Below, one piece after another: positions 13,533 through 30,284 of a DNA stretch of 64,000 nucleotides (within the stretch, counting starts at the first letter, position 1; the number at the start of each line of letters is the position of its first letter). Origin of the DNA: Eledone cirrhosa (lineage: Eukaryota); NCBI GenBank assembly GCA_964016885.1, contig OZ024740.1, positions 203,794,001 to 203,858,000 on the forward strand, in the 5' to 3' direction. Both the position numbers and the translations under genes were made by a program. The notes beneath the pieces are model-generated. The model did no database searches and had not been told where the DNA came from. It saw nothing but the letters and a program-made list of their open reading frames with translations.

Positions 13533-13917
13533 TAATTTTTAATATAAGGAACTTGTTCTTTGTTTTTATTTCATTGTTTTTATTAATTTATCTTGACTCT
13601 GTTTTTCCTATGACTTTTATCGTAAATTATTGAATGCATCTTCTCTTTTCATGATATCTTCTATATTTGGATTACATTGAGTTCTTCATACAGATTGGAC
13701 ACTACCGTATATTTTGGTAGATTTATCTACATATATATATATATATATAAAGAAATAGTATATCTACTAACATATATATACAGATGCATACCTATGCCAG
13801 CAAATATATAGGTTTTGTCTTAGTAACTTTGTGGTTCAATGCAGGGGGATGCAGAACAATAATATGAGAGACGTAAAATAAGAAAATTATAAAAATTAAC
13901 TTACTTACTAAAATTTC

Positions 13918-13999
13918 ACTCCAACTAATTAGTTTCTGAAAGGGAATAAACATAGTTTCCGAAGAAACGTACAGAGAAGCCTTTCGTCATCAGGGAAGT
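13918..13999 (-). ncRNA. Type-I hammerhead ribozyme
   Basis: ACTTCC-CTGATGA-C-GAAAGG..CCTTTC-A-GAAACTAATTAGTT-GGAGT. Confidence 0.8.
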
Positions 14000-14668
14000 C
14001 TATTCTCAGTTAAGTTTCCAGGCAATACGTGGACACAGGGAACTTATACAAAAATAATTCAGTGGATGGAAAAAAGCAAAGCGTGGACTAAGTTCCAAGC
14101 CATTGAAAAATCACTGCCTACTGCGTCGGTGGCAAATTCAAAAGAATCAATCACGTGCAGAACAATTATATGAAAGACGTAAAATAAGAAAATTTTAAAA
14201 ATTAAAAATCAACTTACTTACTAAAATTTTCACTCCAGTTAATTTTTAAAATTTTCTTATTTTACGTCTTTCATATAATTGTTCTGCACCCCCCCCCCTG
14301 CATAGAACCACATCGGTACTAAGACATAACTTATATATTTGCTAGCATGAGTGTACATCTGTACACATATGTTGGTAGATGTACTAATTCTCTATATTTA
14401 TCTCCAAATTATTTGTTGAGCAAACTTGCCAAAATTTACTGCTGTTTCATGGTAGTAGTAGGCTCTTGTCATAATATCACCCCGCTCCTAACTGATTAAC
14501 CTCGGTGTCACGTGATTGATTCTTTAGAATCTGCCACTGACCAGAGGCAGCGACATTTTTTCAGTGCTCCGAATTTAGTCCTCGCTAGCTTTATTTCATC
14601 CACTGAATTATTATTTTTATATGGGTTCCTAGTGTCCGCGCATTGCCTGGGAACTTAGCTGAGAATAG

Positions 14669-14750
14669 ACTCCCTGATGACGTAATGAATTCTCTATAGT
14701 TATATTGTGTAACTATATTTATCCCATTGCAGAAACTAATTAGTTGGAGT
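14669..14750 (+). ncRNA. Type-I hammerhead ribozyme
   Basis: ACTCC-CTGATGA-C-GTAATG..CATTGC-A-GAAACTAATTAGTT-GGAGT. Confidence 0.85.
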
Positions 14751-14806
14751 GAAAATTTTAGTAAGTAAGTTGATTTTTAATTTTTAAAATTTTCTTATTT
14801 TACGTC

Positions 14807-16697
<1,891 letters not shown>

Positions 16698-16732
16698 ATA
16701 TAAGATCAAAAGATGGTTAAAGGAGTTCCATG

Positions 16733-16803
16733 TATTTTATTATGCGCATTTCAAAAACAAACATCATCATGCAATAATATTTGTGTTTTCATCAGATAAA
16801 ACA
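16733..16803 (-). ncRNA. Type-I hammerhead ribozyme in a 160-bp island within (TA)n
   Basis: TGTTTTAT-CTGATGA-AAACAC..GTTTTT-GAAA-TGCGCA-TA-ATAAAATA. Confidence 0.8.
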
Positions 16804-16953
16804 GGAGAACATGATATGAAGGCTAAAATACACTTGTGGATAGTGCAGTTTTAAATCAACATATATATATCTATATATATATATATATATATACATATAT
16901 ATATTTATATATATATATATTTATATATATATATATATATACATATATATATT

Positions 16954-16988
<35 letters not shown>

Positions 16989-17007
16989 ATATATATATAC
17001 ATATATA

Positions 17008-17101
<94 letters not shown>

Positions 17102-17121
17102 TATATACATATATATATACT

Positions 17122-17153
<32 letters not shown>

Positions 17154-17766
17154 CATATATATATATACATATTAAGACAGGGGGGAAGAAAAAATGGCTT
17201 CACTTGTGCTTTCAACAAATTTATTTTCTTCACAAAATCCAAAAAGAATTTTTCTTAAAAAAAATTATTTTATAAATTAAGTTGTTGGTTGTTGGTTAGG
17301 TCTTAGGAGTTCTTGGTTAACGTAGGAGGTATTGTTTCGTTTTTAGAAAGACCTTTCACGCTGAGGTGTGCTTGTCAAACTGATGTGTATGTGGTGTGTT
17401 GTTCTATATATAGGGATTTAACATGACTGTGGTGTGGTAGGGGTTTCTTTTCTCCTCCTTTAATAAGTGCATGGGTGTAGGTGTGTTGAAAAAGTGTTCA
17501 TAGCAGTAATGAGTTGAGACGGTGAGTAGGGTTGGGTGGGGAGAAATTTAGCAAGTGCGGCCTGCCCCGGTCATTCTCGAAAAATTCCTTTATTCAGGGG
17601 AAAAAGCTTTTAGCATCGCTTTTGTGTTGAGAATGGTCACAGGCAAATCGCACCTGTCAAGCTTGTGAATAATTATTTTTTTCCTTTTTTTTTTCCTGAA
17701 GAATTTTTCTACGTCCATCCCAAAGTTAGATATATATATATACATATACATATACATATATGTATT

Positions 17767-17806
<40 letters not shown>

Positions 17807-17943
17807 AGTTAAAGTTTAAGTTTAAGTTAAGGTTTGTATATTGAAGGATTTATATATTATGTATACTCCAGTCCCACAAACTGTAGAGTGCTTCGTATCC
17901 GATATCTGCATTGCTTTATTGTACTAAAATAAAACTCACCTCT

Positions 17944-19647
<1,704 letters not shown>

Positions 19648-19929
19648 CAAATAACGAAACGAAATTAAATTTCGTTTGTAACTCACTTTGGTATGACTGA
19701 CGCTTAAACAATTAAGTTAAAAATGTACATCTACATATGCATACTGAAATACTAGTATGTATATGAATACACACACGTATACATATGTAGATGTAACAAG
19801 TCTTTCACTGGTTACTTTACTGTGAGTAACCCAGCTATTCTGTATGTAAACACAGACAAACCGGTTTTTAGAATCATACTGGTTTTCGAGGAAACACCTT
19901 TCCTCTATTCTCCAGAAAGCCAGACAAGG

Positions 19930-19974
19930 AATATTGAACTAGTTTCGTTGTTGTTACAACTCATCAGCAATATT
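19930..19974 (-). ncRNA. Type-I minimal hammerhead ribozyme
   Basis: AATATTG-CTGATGA-GTTGT(AACA)ACAAC-GAAACTAGTT-CAATATT; perfect stems I and II. Confidence 0.9.
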
Positions 19975-20394
19975 TACCCATCTACCGGCCTTTCTGGAGA
20001 ATCGTAAAAGCACATATCGTTATATGCTTTTTCTATGAAAATTAGTAGTGGGCAGACTAATTTGCATAGAGTGTGAGTACGCACCGGTTCAGCGGAGACG
20101 ATAAAAACAAATAACGAAACGAAATTAAATTTCGTTTCGTTTGTAACTCACTTTTGTATGACTGACGCTTAAACAATTAAGTTAAAAATGTACATCTACA
20201 TATGCATACTGAAATACTAGTATGTATATGAATACACACACGTATACATATGTAGATGTAACAAGTCTTTCACTGGTTACTTTACTGTGAGTAACCCAGC
20301 TATTCTGTATGTAAACACAGACAAACCGGTTTTTAGAGTCATACTGGTTTTCGAGGAAACACCTTTCCTCTATTCTCCAGAAAGCCAGACAAGG

Positions 20395-20439
20395 AATATT
20401 GAACTATTTTCGTTGTTGTTACAACTCATCAGCAATATT
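20395..20439 (-). ncRNA. Type-I minimal hammerhead ribozyme (second tandem copy)
   Basis: Same as 19930-19974 except GAAAATAGTT (one stem III change). Confidence 0.8.
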
Positions 20440-20592
20440 TACCCATCTACCGGCCTTTCTGGAGAATCGTAAAAGCACATATCGCTATTTCAGAGCATTA
20501 AATCCAAATTCTAATTTCTGCCGGACCGGCAACCGCTCTTTCAAACCAGTTCCTGTACACAGCTAAGTATTCTATAAGTCTCTAGCTGTGTC

Positions 20593-20681
20593 ATTCTCGA
20601 TAAAAGCATTGGATATGTAATCCTGATGATTTCAAATAAGAATGAAACGCGTAGGTTACTTCCCTTGCTTTTATCGAGAAT
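20593..20681 (+). ncRNA. Type-I hammerhead with extended stem I
   Basis: GTAATC-CTGATGA-TTTC..GAAT-GAAACGCGTA-GGTTAC, closed by 16-bp ATTCTCGATAAAAGCA/TGCTTTTATCGAGAAT. Confidence 0.85.
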
Positions 20682-20780
20682 CTCAAACTGTAATACGTGA
20701 CGTATTCTATTCTATAGCGATTAGGTCTTCAAAATGTTTATTATAAACATACAGAATATTTTCGAATATTCTATGTTTTC

Positions 20781-20916
<136 letters not shown>

Positions 20917-20918
20917 TG

Positions 20919-20989
<71 letters not shown>

Positions 20990-21015
20990 GCATATATATA
21001 CATATATATATATAT

Positions 21016-21428
21016 ATGGTGGCTGCCAACTCGTTTTCGAGTACGGCCACTACTTTATATCCATGTAGGAGAACCCACTACCGATGCGCTGAACGAGTGT
21101 GACATTTTAGTCCAGCCAGCGACTTGAAAACTCTGGTTCAAACACTACACTTGTGACAATTATTGACACAGTGCTGGGCCTATGGTACCATGTGAGGACA
21201 AGTGCAGAGAGATCTCCAGATATAAAGCAATGCCTGTGCCGTGAAGCTTTTATAGTGGGCAAAGGCACTGCACAAAGCCAGTCCCACTCTCTTAACCAAG
21301 ATGATATTTAACAAAAAGAAGAACAAGTCAACATCATTGGATACCATCTGGGTTGCAGGTGTTATACCAGAATTTTCCTTCTCCTAGAATTCTGCCTTGA
21401 CAAAGGCTAAGGGGTCATCTCTCCCGGA
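21016..21428 (-). mobile_element. Non-autonomous RTE-derived element, 5'-truncated copy
   Basis: Near-identical to 25364-25775; 3' hairpin ACTCG-AAAA-CGAGT. Confidence 0.85.
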
Positions 21429-21441
21429 TATATATACATAC

Positions 21442-21547
<106 letters not shown>

Positions 21548-21576
21548 CATATATATATATACATATATATATATAC

Positions 21577-21661
<85 letters not shown>

Positions 21662-21700
21662 CATATATATACATATATATATATACATATATATATATAC

Positions 21701-22410
21701 ATTTAGAAACACACAGATACATGCGGACACATACATATATACATGAATGCATCCGCACCCAACTGTGAGTTAAGGGTGCCAACTTCACCGATGTTGCTCA
21801 ATGAATGACTGGGACAGACCAATTCAGTTCGAACTAGACGGGTATTCATATCGAGGCCGGTTCAGTCTAGTTCGAACTGAATTGGTCTGTCCCAGTCATT
21901 CATTGAGCAACATCGGTGAAGTTGGCACCCTTAACTCACAGTTGGGTGCGGATGCATTCATGTATATATGTATGTGTCCGCATGTATCTGTGTGTTTCTA
22001 AATATATTAATAACTCCCTCTGGTCGAGCAATCTTTGAAGTGTGGGGACAACTGGAAAGCTTCCATTACTCAGACTTCTCGCCTTCTTCACTACCTCTTC
22101 TGCGGCCTCGATATGAATACCCCCTCCGCCTCCGTGGTATTTTCTTCGTGGTTATAAGAGGCTTAGCTCTGTTTCTCGACCGTTATATCGCGTGACTATC
22201 TCCCCCTCCGCCTTTTGGGATTCTTTCTCACGTCGTGTAGACGCGTTCTTGAGACTAGTAAAATGAGGTATCCTCTTGATAAGTCGGCAGACCTCGCAAG
22301 GACTCTATATCTTTGATATATTGTTTTTGTTTATGCCACGAAACTACGTAGTCGAGGAATTTAGGAACAGTTTAGGTATGATACATTTTATTACTAATTA
22401 TATCTAAATG
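21701..22410 (+). mobile_element. Non-coding insert with perfect 139-bp 5' fold-back and a decayed hammerhead
   Basis: 21701-21839 is the reverse complement of 21865-22003; TCCTC-TTGATAA..GAAACTACGTAGTC-GAGGA at 22271-22358. Confidence 0.7.
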
Positions 22411-22513
22411 TTTCTTCTCTCTTCATAATGTATATATATATACATATATATACATAAATATATACATATATACATATATATACATAAATATATACATATA
22501 TACATATATATAC

Positions 22514-22582
<69 letters not shown>

Positions 22583-22789
22583 CATATATATATATACATA
22601 TATATACATATATATAAATATATATATATATATGACTATACACTAGAAATACCCGCAATATATATATATAATACACACACACACACACGTACGTACAACG
22701 TGTCCCCAAAAATGTATACACACTTTGATTACCTGTACAGGCAATTTATTAGAATGCTGTTGAAGTGTAGTGACAGTAGTGTTATCTAT

Positions 22790-22834
<45 letters not shown>

Positions 22835-22940
22835 ATTCGTTTGAAATCACACTGGGGGAGAAGAAAATAAAAAAATTGTTGCTATGTAATTAACGTGATT
22901 CACTCTTGGACAGCCATTTCACTACTCACACATAGTGTCG

Positions 22941-23092
<152 letters not shown>

Positions 23093-24003
23093 AGTAGGGA
23101 GTGGTGTGATACGGGGGAGAGTTAGCTGCTGTTTCTAGCAGGTTTAGTGACCTCATAGAGGATATTATTGTTTATCATTATCTATAAAAGGCAGATAGTT
23201 GTTGTTGTTGTGTGTGTGCACATGTTCCATGTTTATACATTTGCACAATTTCAAACCGATTCGAGTCAAAGTCTGTAAGAATACACCTTCGTTGAGAGGT
23301 TTTAAAAAAGATTTATCGCTTGTTGTTGAATAAATGTATCTGTTGCTTTTGAATAATTGTCGTTTCGTATGAAATGTAATAATTGAGCAACTAAAAGTTA
23401 GTGTGGTTATAAATCACGCACGTTTAATTGCTTTAAATGTTTTTTTTATCATTTGAAGTGAGTGTGTTTGTATGCGTTTGTAAATAAATCAGTAAGTTTG
23501 AAGTATAAAAGAGAAAGTAGCAAAATGTGTGGGTTGTAGATAGAGGGAAGCAGATGATATGAAAGAGTAAAATGGACAGTATCACCATCAAGCTTGGAAA
23601 GAGAAAGTAGCAGAAAGTATGAAGTTGTATAGATTTTGAATGGTAGTAGAAAGAGTTTAGCAGTTTAAATGAGAGAGAAAAATCGTAAAATATTGAGTTT
23701 TATCTATTTTTTGCGTAATTGTGGGTGAAATTGAAAAAATTAGATGCGCCAAGACGCAATCGAAGCTATTTCGAATACTGAATTGTAAATTTCAATTGAA
23801 GAAATTCTATATCGTAGATTTATATAACAAAGGAGCATGTCCACACACTGAGCTTTATAGATTATGATATGTATATATATATATACATATGATTCCAGTT
23901 CCTCAGAGAAATAACAACCCAACCAGGAGCTGGACATATCGGAGTATTGCCGAAGTAAAACACTTCATCAACATGTGTACCTGTCTCTACCACACCAATT
24001 CGG

Positions 24004-24058
24004 ACTGCCTGAAGAGGTCACAGACAATGATGGCTGTCACCGAAATGTATATAGCAGT
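24004..24058 (+). ncRNA. Type-I hammerhead ribozyme
   Basis: ACTGC-CTGAAGA-GGTCACAG..CTGTCACC-GAAATGTATATA-GCAGT. Confidence 0.85.
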
Positions 24059-24104
24059 ACATCTTTAATAAACGAAGCCAAATCTTAAATATTTTATATA
24101 TACT

Positions 24105-24200
<96 letters not shown>

Positions 24201-24303
24201 CATATATATATATATATATATAAATATATATATACATGTATATATATACATACATATATATATACATGTATATATATACATATATATATACATACATATA
24301 TAT

Positions 24304-24366
<63 letters not shown>

Positions 24367-24621
24367 TACCAAATATATACCAAGTAAAATAACGGAGCAA
24401 AGGACCTTTGCTCCGTTATTTTACTTGATATTTGCTCCTTGCGTTCTCTCTGCTGTTGAGCACCATAAATTGAATAGTATAGGCTGGCATCTCTAGCAGC
24501 TTGTTCTGTTCATGCCACCAGTTACTGCCTCGCGCACGTATTTCCCTTATATTTACACGTGCTACAGGTGGTTTACTATAGTTCTCTCTCTCTCTAGTAG
24601 TGCGGACTATATCGGTCTCTC

Positions 24622-24699
24622 CACATGCTGATGACCCACAGGGCCGAATTGGAACCCACTTAAATGGCGAAACAATCTCCTGGTGAGTTTGTACATGTG
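24622..24699 (+). ncRNA. Type-I hammerhead ribozyme with full (monomeric) stem III
   Basis: CACATG-CTGATGA-CCCA..TGGC-GAAACAATCTC(CTGGT)GAGTTTGTA-CATGTG. Confidence 0.85.
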
Positions 24700-24839
24700 T
24701 GATCTAGGTATGAAGTTGGTTTCTCCTTTTAATTTATACTTTTAATTTTAATGTTTTTCCTTTGCCTCTATTAGCTTATATTCTCTTCACGCTGGTGGTT
24801 TGAAATTCCTGTAAAGGAAACAACACTCTTCTGCGTCTT

Positions 24840-24922
<83 letters not shown>

Positions 24923-25279
24923 TATATACATACATATATATATATACATATATATATATATGTATATATATGTATGTATATAAATATATATGTATATATA
25001 TATACATATATATATATACATATATATATATATACATATATATATACATATATATATATACATATATATACATACATATATATACATATATATACATACA
25101 TATATATACATACACATATATATATACATATATATATATACATATATATACATACATATATATACATACACATATATATATACATATATATATATACATA
25201 TATATATATACATATATATACATACATATACATACATATATATATATACATATATATATACATACATATATATATTTAC

Positions 25280-25319
<40 letters not shown>

Positions 25320-25363
25320 ACATATATATACATACATATATATACATATATATACATATATAC

Positions 25364-25972
25364 ATGGTGGCTGCCAACTCGTTTTCGAGTACGGCCACTA
25401 CTTTATATCCATGTAGGAGAACCCCTACCGATGCGCTGAACGAGTGTGACTTTTTAGTCCAGCCAGCGACTTGAAAACTCTGGTACAAACACTACACTTG
25501 TGACAATTATTGACACATAGTGCTGGGCCCATGGTACCATGTGACGACAAGTGCAGAGAGATCTCCAGATATAAAGCAATGCCTGTGCCGTGAAGCTTTT
25601 ATAGTGAGCAAAGGCACTGCACAAAGCCAGTCCCACTCTCTTAACCAAGATGATATTTACCAAAAAGAAGAACAAGTCAACATCATTGGATACCATCAGG
25701 GTTGCAGGTGTTATATCAGAGTTTTCCTTCTCCTAGAATTCTGCCTTGACAAAGGCTAAGGGGTCATCTCTCCCGGTGATTTTGGATGGTCATTGACTCT
25801 TACGAGCTCCTTTGCCCTTTGACAGGTTTTGTTTTTAGTCCTGCAGGATGTCCAAAGTCACCCTCCTCACCAAGAAACCTTGGTGGGGTTGTCAGTTTAG
25901 TCGCCAACGACCCGACCATGAGACAGGTTGTACTGGGATACATGTTACCAGTAGCACCAACTGGTGACCTGA
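25364..25972 (-). mobile_element. About 610-bp non-autonomous RTE-derived element, apparently full length
   Basis: RTE 5'UTR-like CTAGGAGAAGGAAAACTCTGA, RTE-like 3' hairpin and microsatellite tail; same ends as 59344-59953. Confidence 0.8.
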
Positions 25973-26442
25973 CATATCCATGTAGGAGAACCCCCACCGA
26001 TGCGCTGAATCACTACATATATACATACATATATATATACATATATAGATATACATATATATATACATATATAGATATACATATATATATACATATATAT
26101 ACATATATATATATATATATACATACATATATATGTATATACATGTATATATACATGTATATATATATACATATATATATATACATGTATATATATATAA
26201 TATATATATATATATACGTATATATATATACTTGCATATATAAATACATATATACATACATATATATACATGTATATATATACATGTATATATAAATACT
26301 TATATATATATACATATGTATATACATATATATATAGATACATACATATATACATACATACATATACATATATATATATACATATATATTTATATACATA
26401 CATATATATACACACATATATATATACATACATATATATATA

Positions 26443-26856
26443 TATAAACGTTTGTATATGTATAATAAAGCCAAAACAATGCAGGTATGGACATAAAATA
26501 AAGAATGCAAATGCAAAAAATATTGTTGACAATTAGTCTTTTACCTTAGATTTATTTAAATGTCCTTAATTTTCGAGATAATATCTCTTCTTCGGAGGGA
26601 AGTAAAGCGGTTAAACCAGTGTTCTAAATAGCTTGCCAAGTCATGCTGACAGGAATGACTTGGCACGCTATTTAGAACACTGGTTTAACCGCTTTACTTC
26701 CCTCCGAAGAAGAGATATTATCTCGAAAATTAAGGACATTTAAATAAATCTAAGGTAAAAGACTAATTGTCAACAATATCTTTTGCATTTGCATTCTTTA
26801 TTCTATGTCCATACCTGCATTGTTTTGGCTTTATTATACATATACAAACGTTTATA
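26443..26856. repeat. About 200-bp-arm fold-back element in microsatellite, with hammerhead-like CCGAAGA..GAAA motif
   Basis: 26443-26644 is reverse-complementary to 26655-26856; CCT-CCGAAGA-A-GAGAT(ATT)ATCTC-GAAAATTA-AGG at 26701-26735. Confidence 0.7.
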
Positions 26857-26938
26857 CCTCATTACACAATGTTTCAAGTGAACTATAACCTCCTCCATAT
26901 ATATATATATATATACATATATACATACATATATATAT

Positions 26939-27053
<115 letters not shown>

Positions 27054-27162
27054 CATATATATATATATACATATATATATATACATACATATATATATAT
27101 ATACATACATATATATATATATACATACATATATATATATATACATTCATATATATATATAT

Positions 27163-27350
<188 letters not shown>

Positions 27351-27356
27351 ATATAC

Positions 27357-27435
<79 letters not shown>

Positions 27436-27771
27436 AATCAGGAAAGCTCCGATGAATTGACTGGTTATAACTTTGTATTGGTGATCGACTAACGTGAAAA
27501 TAAGCGGGTAGCGATCTCTAGACCTACCAGTTCAGAGAAACAATTGTCAGCAATGAGATTAAAAACCTTTTTTGTATAGCAAACCGTGTCACTCTTCTTT
27601 CCTGATTTATTATTACTCCAAGTGTTTACAACATAGGAATTACAGCGTACTCGCAGCATCACTATGGAAACGCCTTGTTGAGTCAAACTTAGCCAAGCGT
27701 TGATATCATCCACTACCCGGAGTACCATAACTGGACTAAGTGGACTACCTATAACAATAATTTGTTACCCC

Positions 27772-27898
<127 letters not shown>

Positions 27899-27916
27899 TA
27901 TATATAGATATATATA

Positions 27917-28084
27917 TAACAAAGGAATTGTGGTAAGGAACGAGATGGACCATAACGCACCAGAGTACTCAATACTTAGGGTAGTAGAGTGGGAAATAGG
28001 AAAAAATATGACCCCGACGGCAGAGCTCAAGCCGTTTCGACGACTATTTCTGGACTCAGTCCAGAAATAGCCGTCGAAACGGCC
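27917..28084 (-). repeat. Palindromic dispersed repeat (half-hammerhead family); other copies at 11592-11641, 29173-29283, 39157-39355, 39408-39592, 41378-41489
   Basis: Shared GAAACGGC..GAGCTC..GCCGTC-GG(G/A)GTC motif and shared flank of about 110 bp. Confidence 0.75.
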
Positions 28085-28135
28085 TCATATATATATGTAT
28101 ATATATACATATACATATATATATACATATATATT

Positions 28136-28227
<92 letters not shown>

Positions 28228-29846
28228 TATATAGTGTGTGTGTAAGATAAAAAACGTTATCTTTTCCCGTGTGCTTAGGTCTTATTTTCTGCTTTTATAT
28301 GTAGATTTTGAGGATTTCGGTACAAAATGTTGGTTATATTGTGATTATATCTCTGTTGTGCTGGTATATTCTTTTCTGGTGATTCTATATCTGGTCACTC
28401 GATATTTTGTATATTTTACTTATATACTTCAAAGTATGTCTTCCTTTAGCAAACAAGGGCTGGATAACATCGTTATGGTTTGAATTGCTTGTGGTGTTTA
28501 CAATTGTTACAATTGAATGAGGTAGAACTTCTATTATGTTTTTCTATTTTCATGTGGTTTTAGTTGACGGTCATTCTTAATATTTTTATAGAACCAGTTT
28601 ATAGAAAGCTCTATTTCTGCAGAAGAGCTTTACTTAACGATATTACACATATATATTGTTATATTTGGGGAGGGTCATATTGTTATAATATTGCCAGAAA
28701 TAATAATAAAACACAGTCACTGTTTGGTTTGGATTGGTTTTCGCTTCTGTATCTTTTATATCACCATAGTTAATTTATCTGGCAATCAATGTTTATCATT
28801 GATTGACCAACGGTTAAAAATACAGATATAAATATATATATATATAGTCTATCAAAGTTCGCTCGTCACACATCTGTGACATCATCAGTGGTACTATTAT
28901 GTTTCCTCCCGTTGTATTGTAATGTCTACGCCATTTTTATATTATTTATTTATTCTTGTCTCTGTCTGTTTGCGAATGCGTTTGCGTGTGTGTTTTCTGT
29001 TTGGTGTATGTATTTCTGTTTGAGTCTATGTGAGTTTGTATTCTATCTTTGTTCACTAGTGTGTGTTTATGTGTGTTTGTTGTTATTGTACTTGTGTTTT
29101 CACGGGGTCGATAAAATAAAGCATTAGTAATGCACTGGGGTAATTGTTGGCCTTGTGCCAAAAGTAGAAACAATTATAAAGAATCAGGACCCGACAACTG
29201 AACTCTTGCCGTTTCAACAGCTAGTTCCAGACTAGCTGTTGAAACGGCAAGAGCTCAGCCGTCGGGTCCCGGCTCTTTATAATATATATATATATATATA
29301 ACAAGACTCACTATTCAGTCTTAAAATGTGACATGAAATTGCGCCTGTCGTTTCGTGCGGAGCAGGAAGTTCTCGACATTGGTGCAAGTGCGGACGCTAT
29401 ATGTTGTGAAGGGTACGAAGCGCAGATCTCTGAAGAGGGAACGTTAGGTCCGGGGAGGAGGAGGTTAGAGATATAGTGACAAGTTGTGGGTTGGAGGGTG
29501 GTGGTGGTACGATGGGGGGGGGGGGGGGGTTAAGTTGTGGGTTGTTGGGCACGGAATGAGTGGTGGGAGGAGAGGGTGTTGTAGCTAGGATGGGAGTGTA
29601 AGGAGTGGGGTTGGCCAGAGGGAATTAAGTTACGGGAGGTTGCGGTCGATGGTGCAGATCTGGGAGAGGATGGAGCGGAGTATGGCGCGCATGAGAAGGC
29701 GAGGTTCGGGTAGACAGAGGGGGACGAATAGGTCGTGGGGTGGAAGTGGAGGCGGAACCCCGGTGGTGAGATGAAGATCGAGGCAGCGACTGAGGAAAGT
29801 GATGTGGCTGGACGATCGTATTTTTTAAGAGAACGTGAGAGAGGCG

Positions 29847-29881
<35 letters not shown>

Positions 29882-29889
<8 letters not shown>

Positions 29890-30253
29890 AATAATGATGG
29901 CTGCGCGTTGCAAATGGTGGTGCATATGGAAAAGAGTCCTTCATCAGTGACCCTCCAACCGTCCCAGGCATTTCATCGCTTTAAGGGCCATATGCCTCAG
30001 GTTGGTGCGAACAACGGCTAAAAAAAGTCGTTGGGACACGTAAATAAAGGGGACGTTAGGGTAACAAACAAAATGGTTTAAGCAACGGAAAGTGAGAAGA
30101 AATAGACAAGTCCCAGATCTCTATGAATATAAACTCGGTGAAATCGTGAACAAGAGACAAAAGACCATCAAACCTGGTTGAAATGTGAGCAAGGAAGGAA
30201 TTTCGCACAGGTCTAACGGGGAGAAGAAGAAGAAGAAGAAGAAGAAGAAGAAG

Positions 30254-30284
<31 letters not shown>

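Noticed and set aside
19822-20472. Duplicated 61-aa ORF
   Set aside because: It has a GTG start, is antisense to the hammerhead, and is a by-product of the tandem repeat.
25454-25759. Recurrent 79-80 aa ORFs (MLGPWYH.., MVSNDVD..) in several places
   Set aside because: They recur only because the RTE-derived repeat is young; there is no domain signal and they are open on both strands.
27445-27515. CCGATGA...GAAAATA hammerhead-like motif
   Set aside because: Variant core, only a 3-bp stem I and no pairing at the base of stem II; too weak to call.
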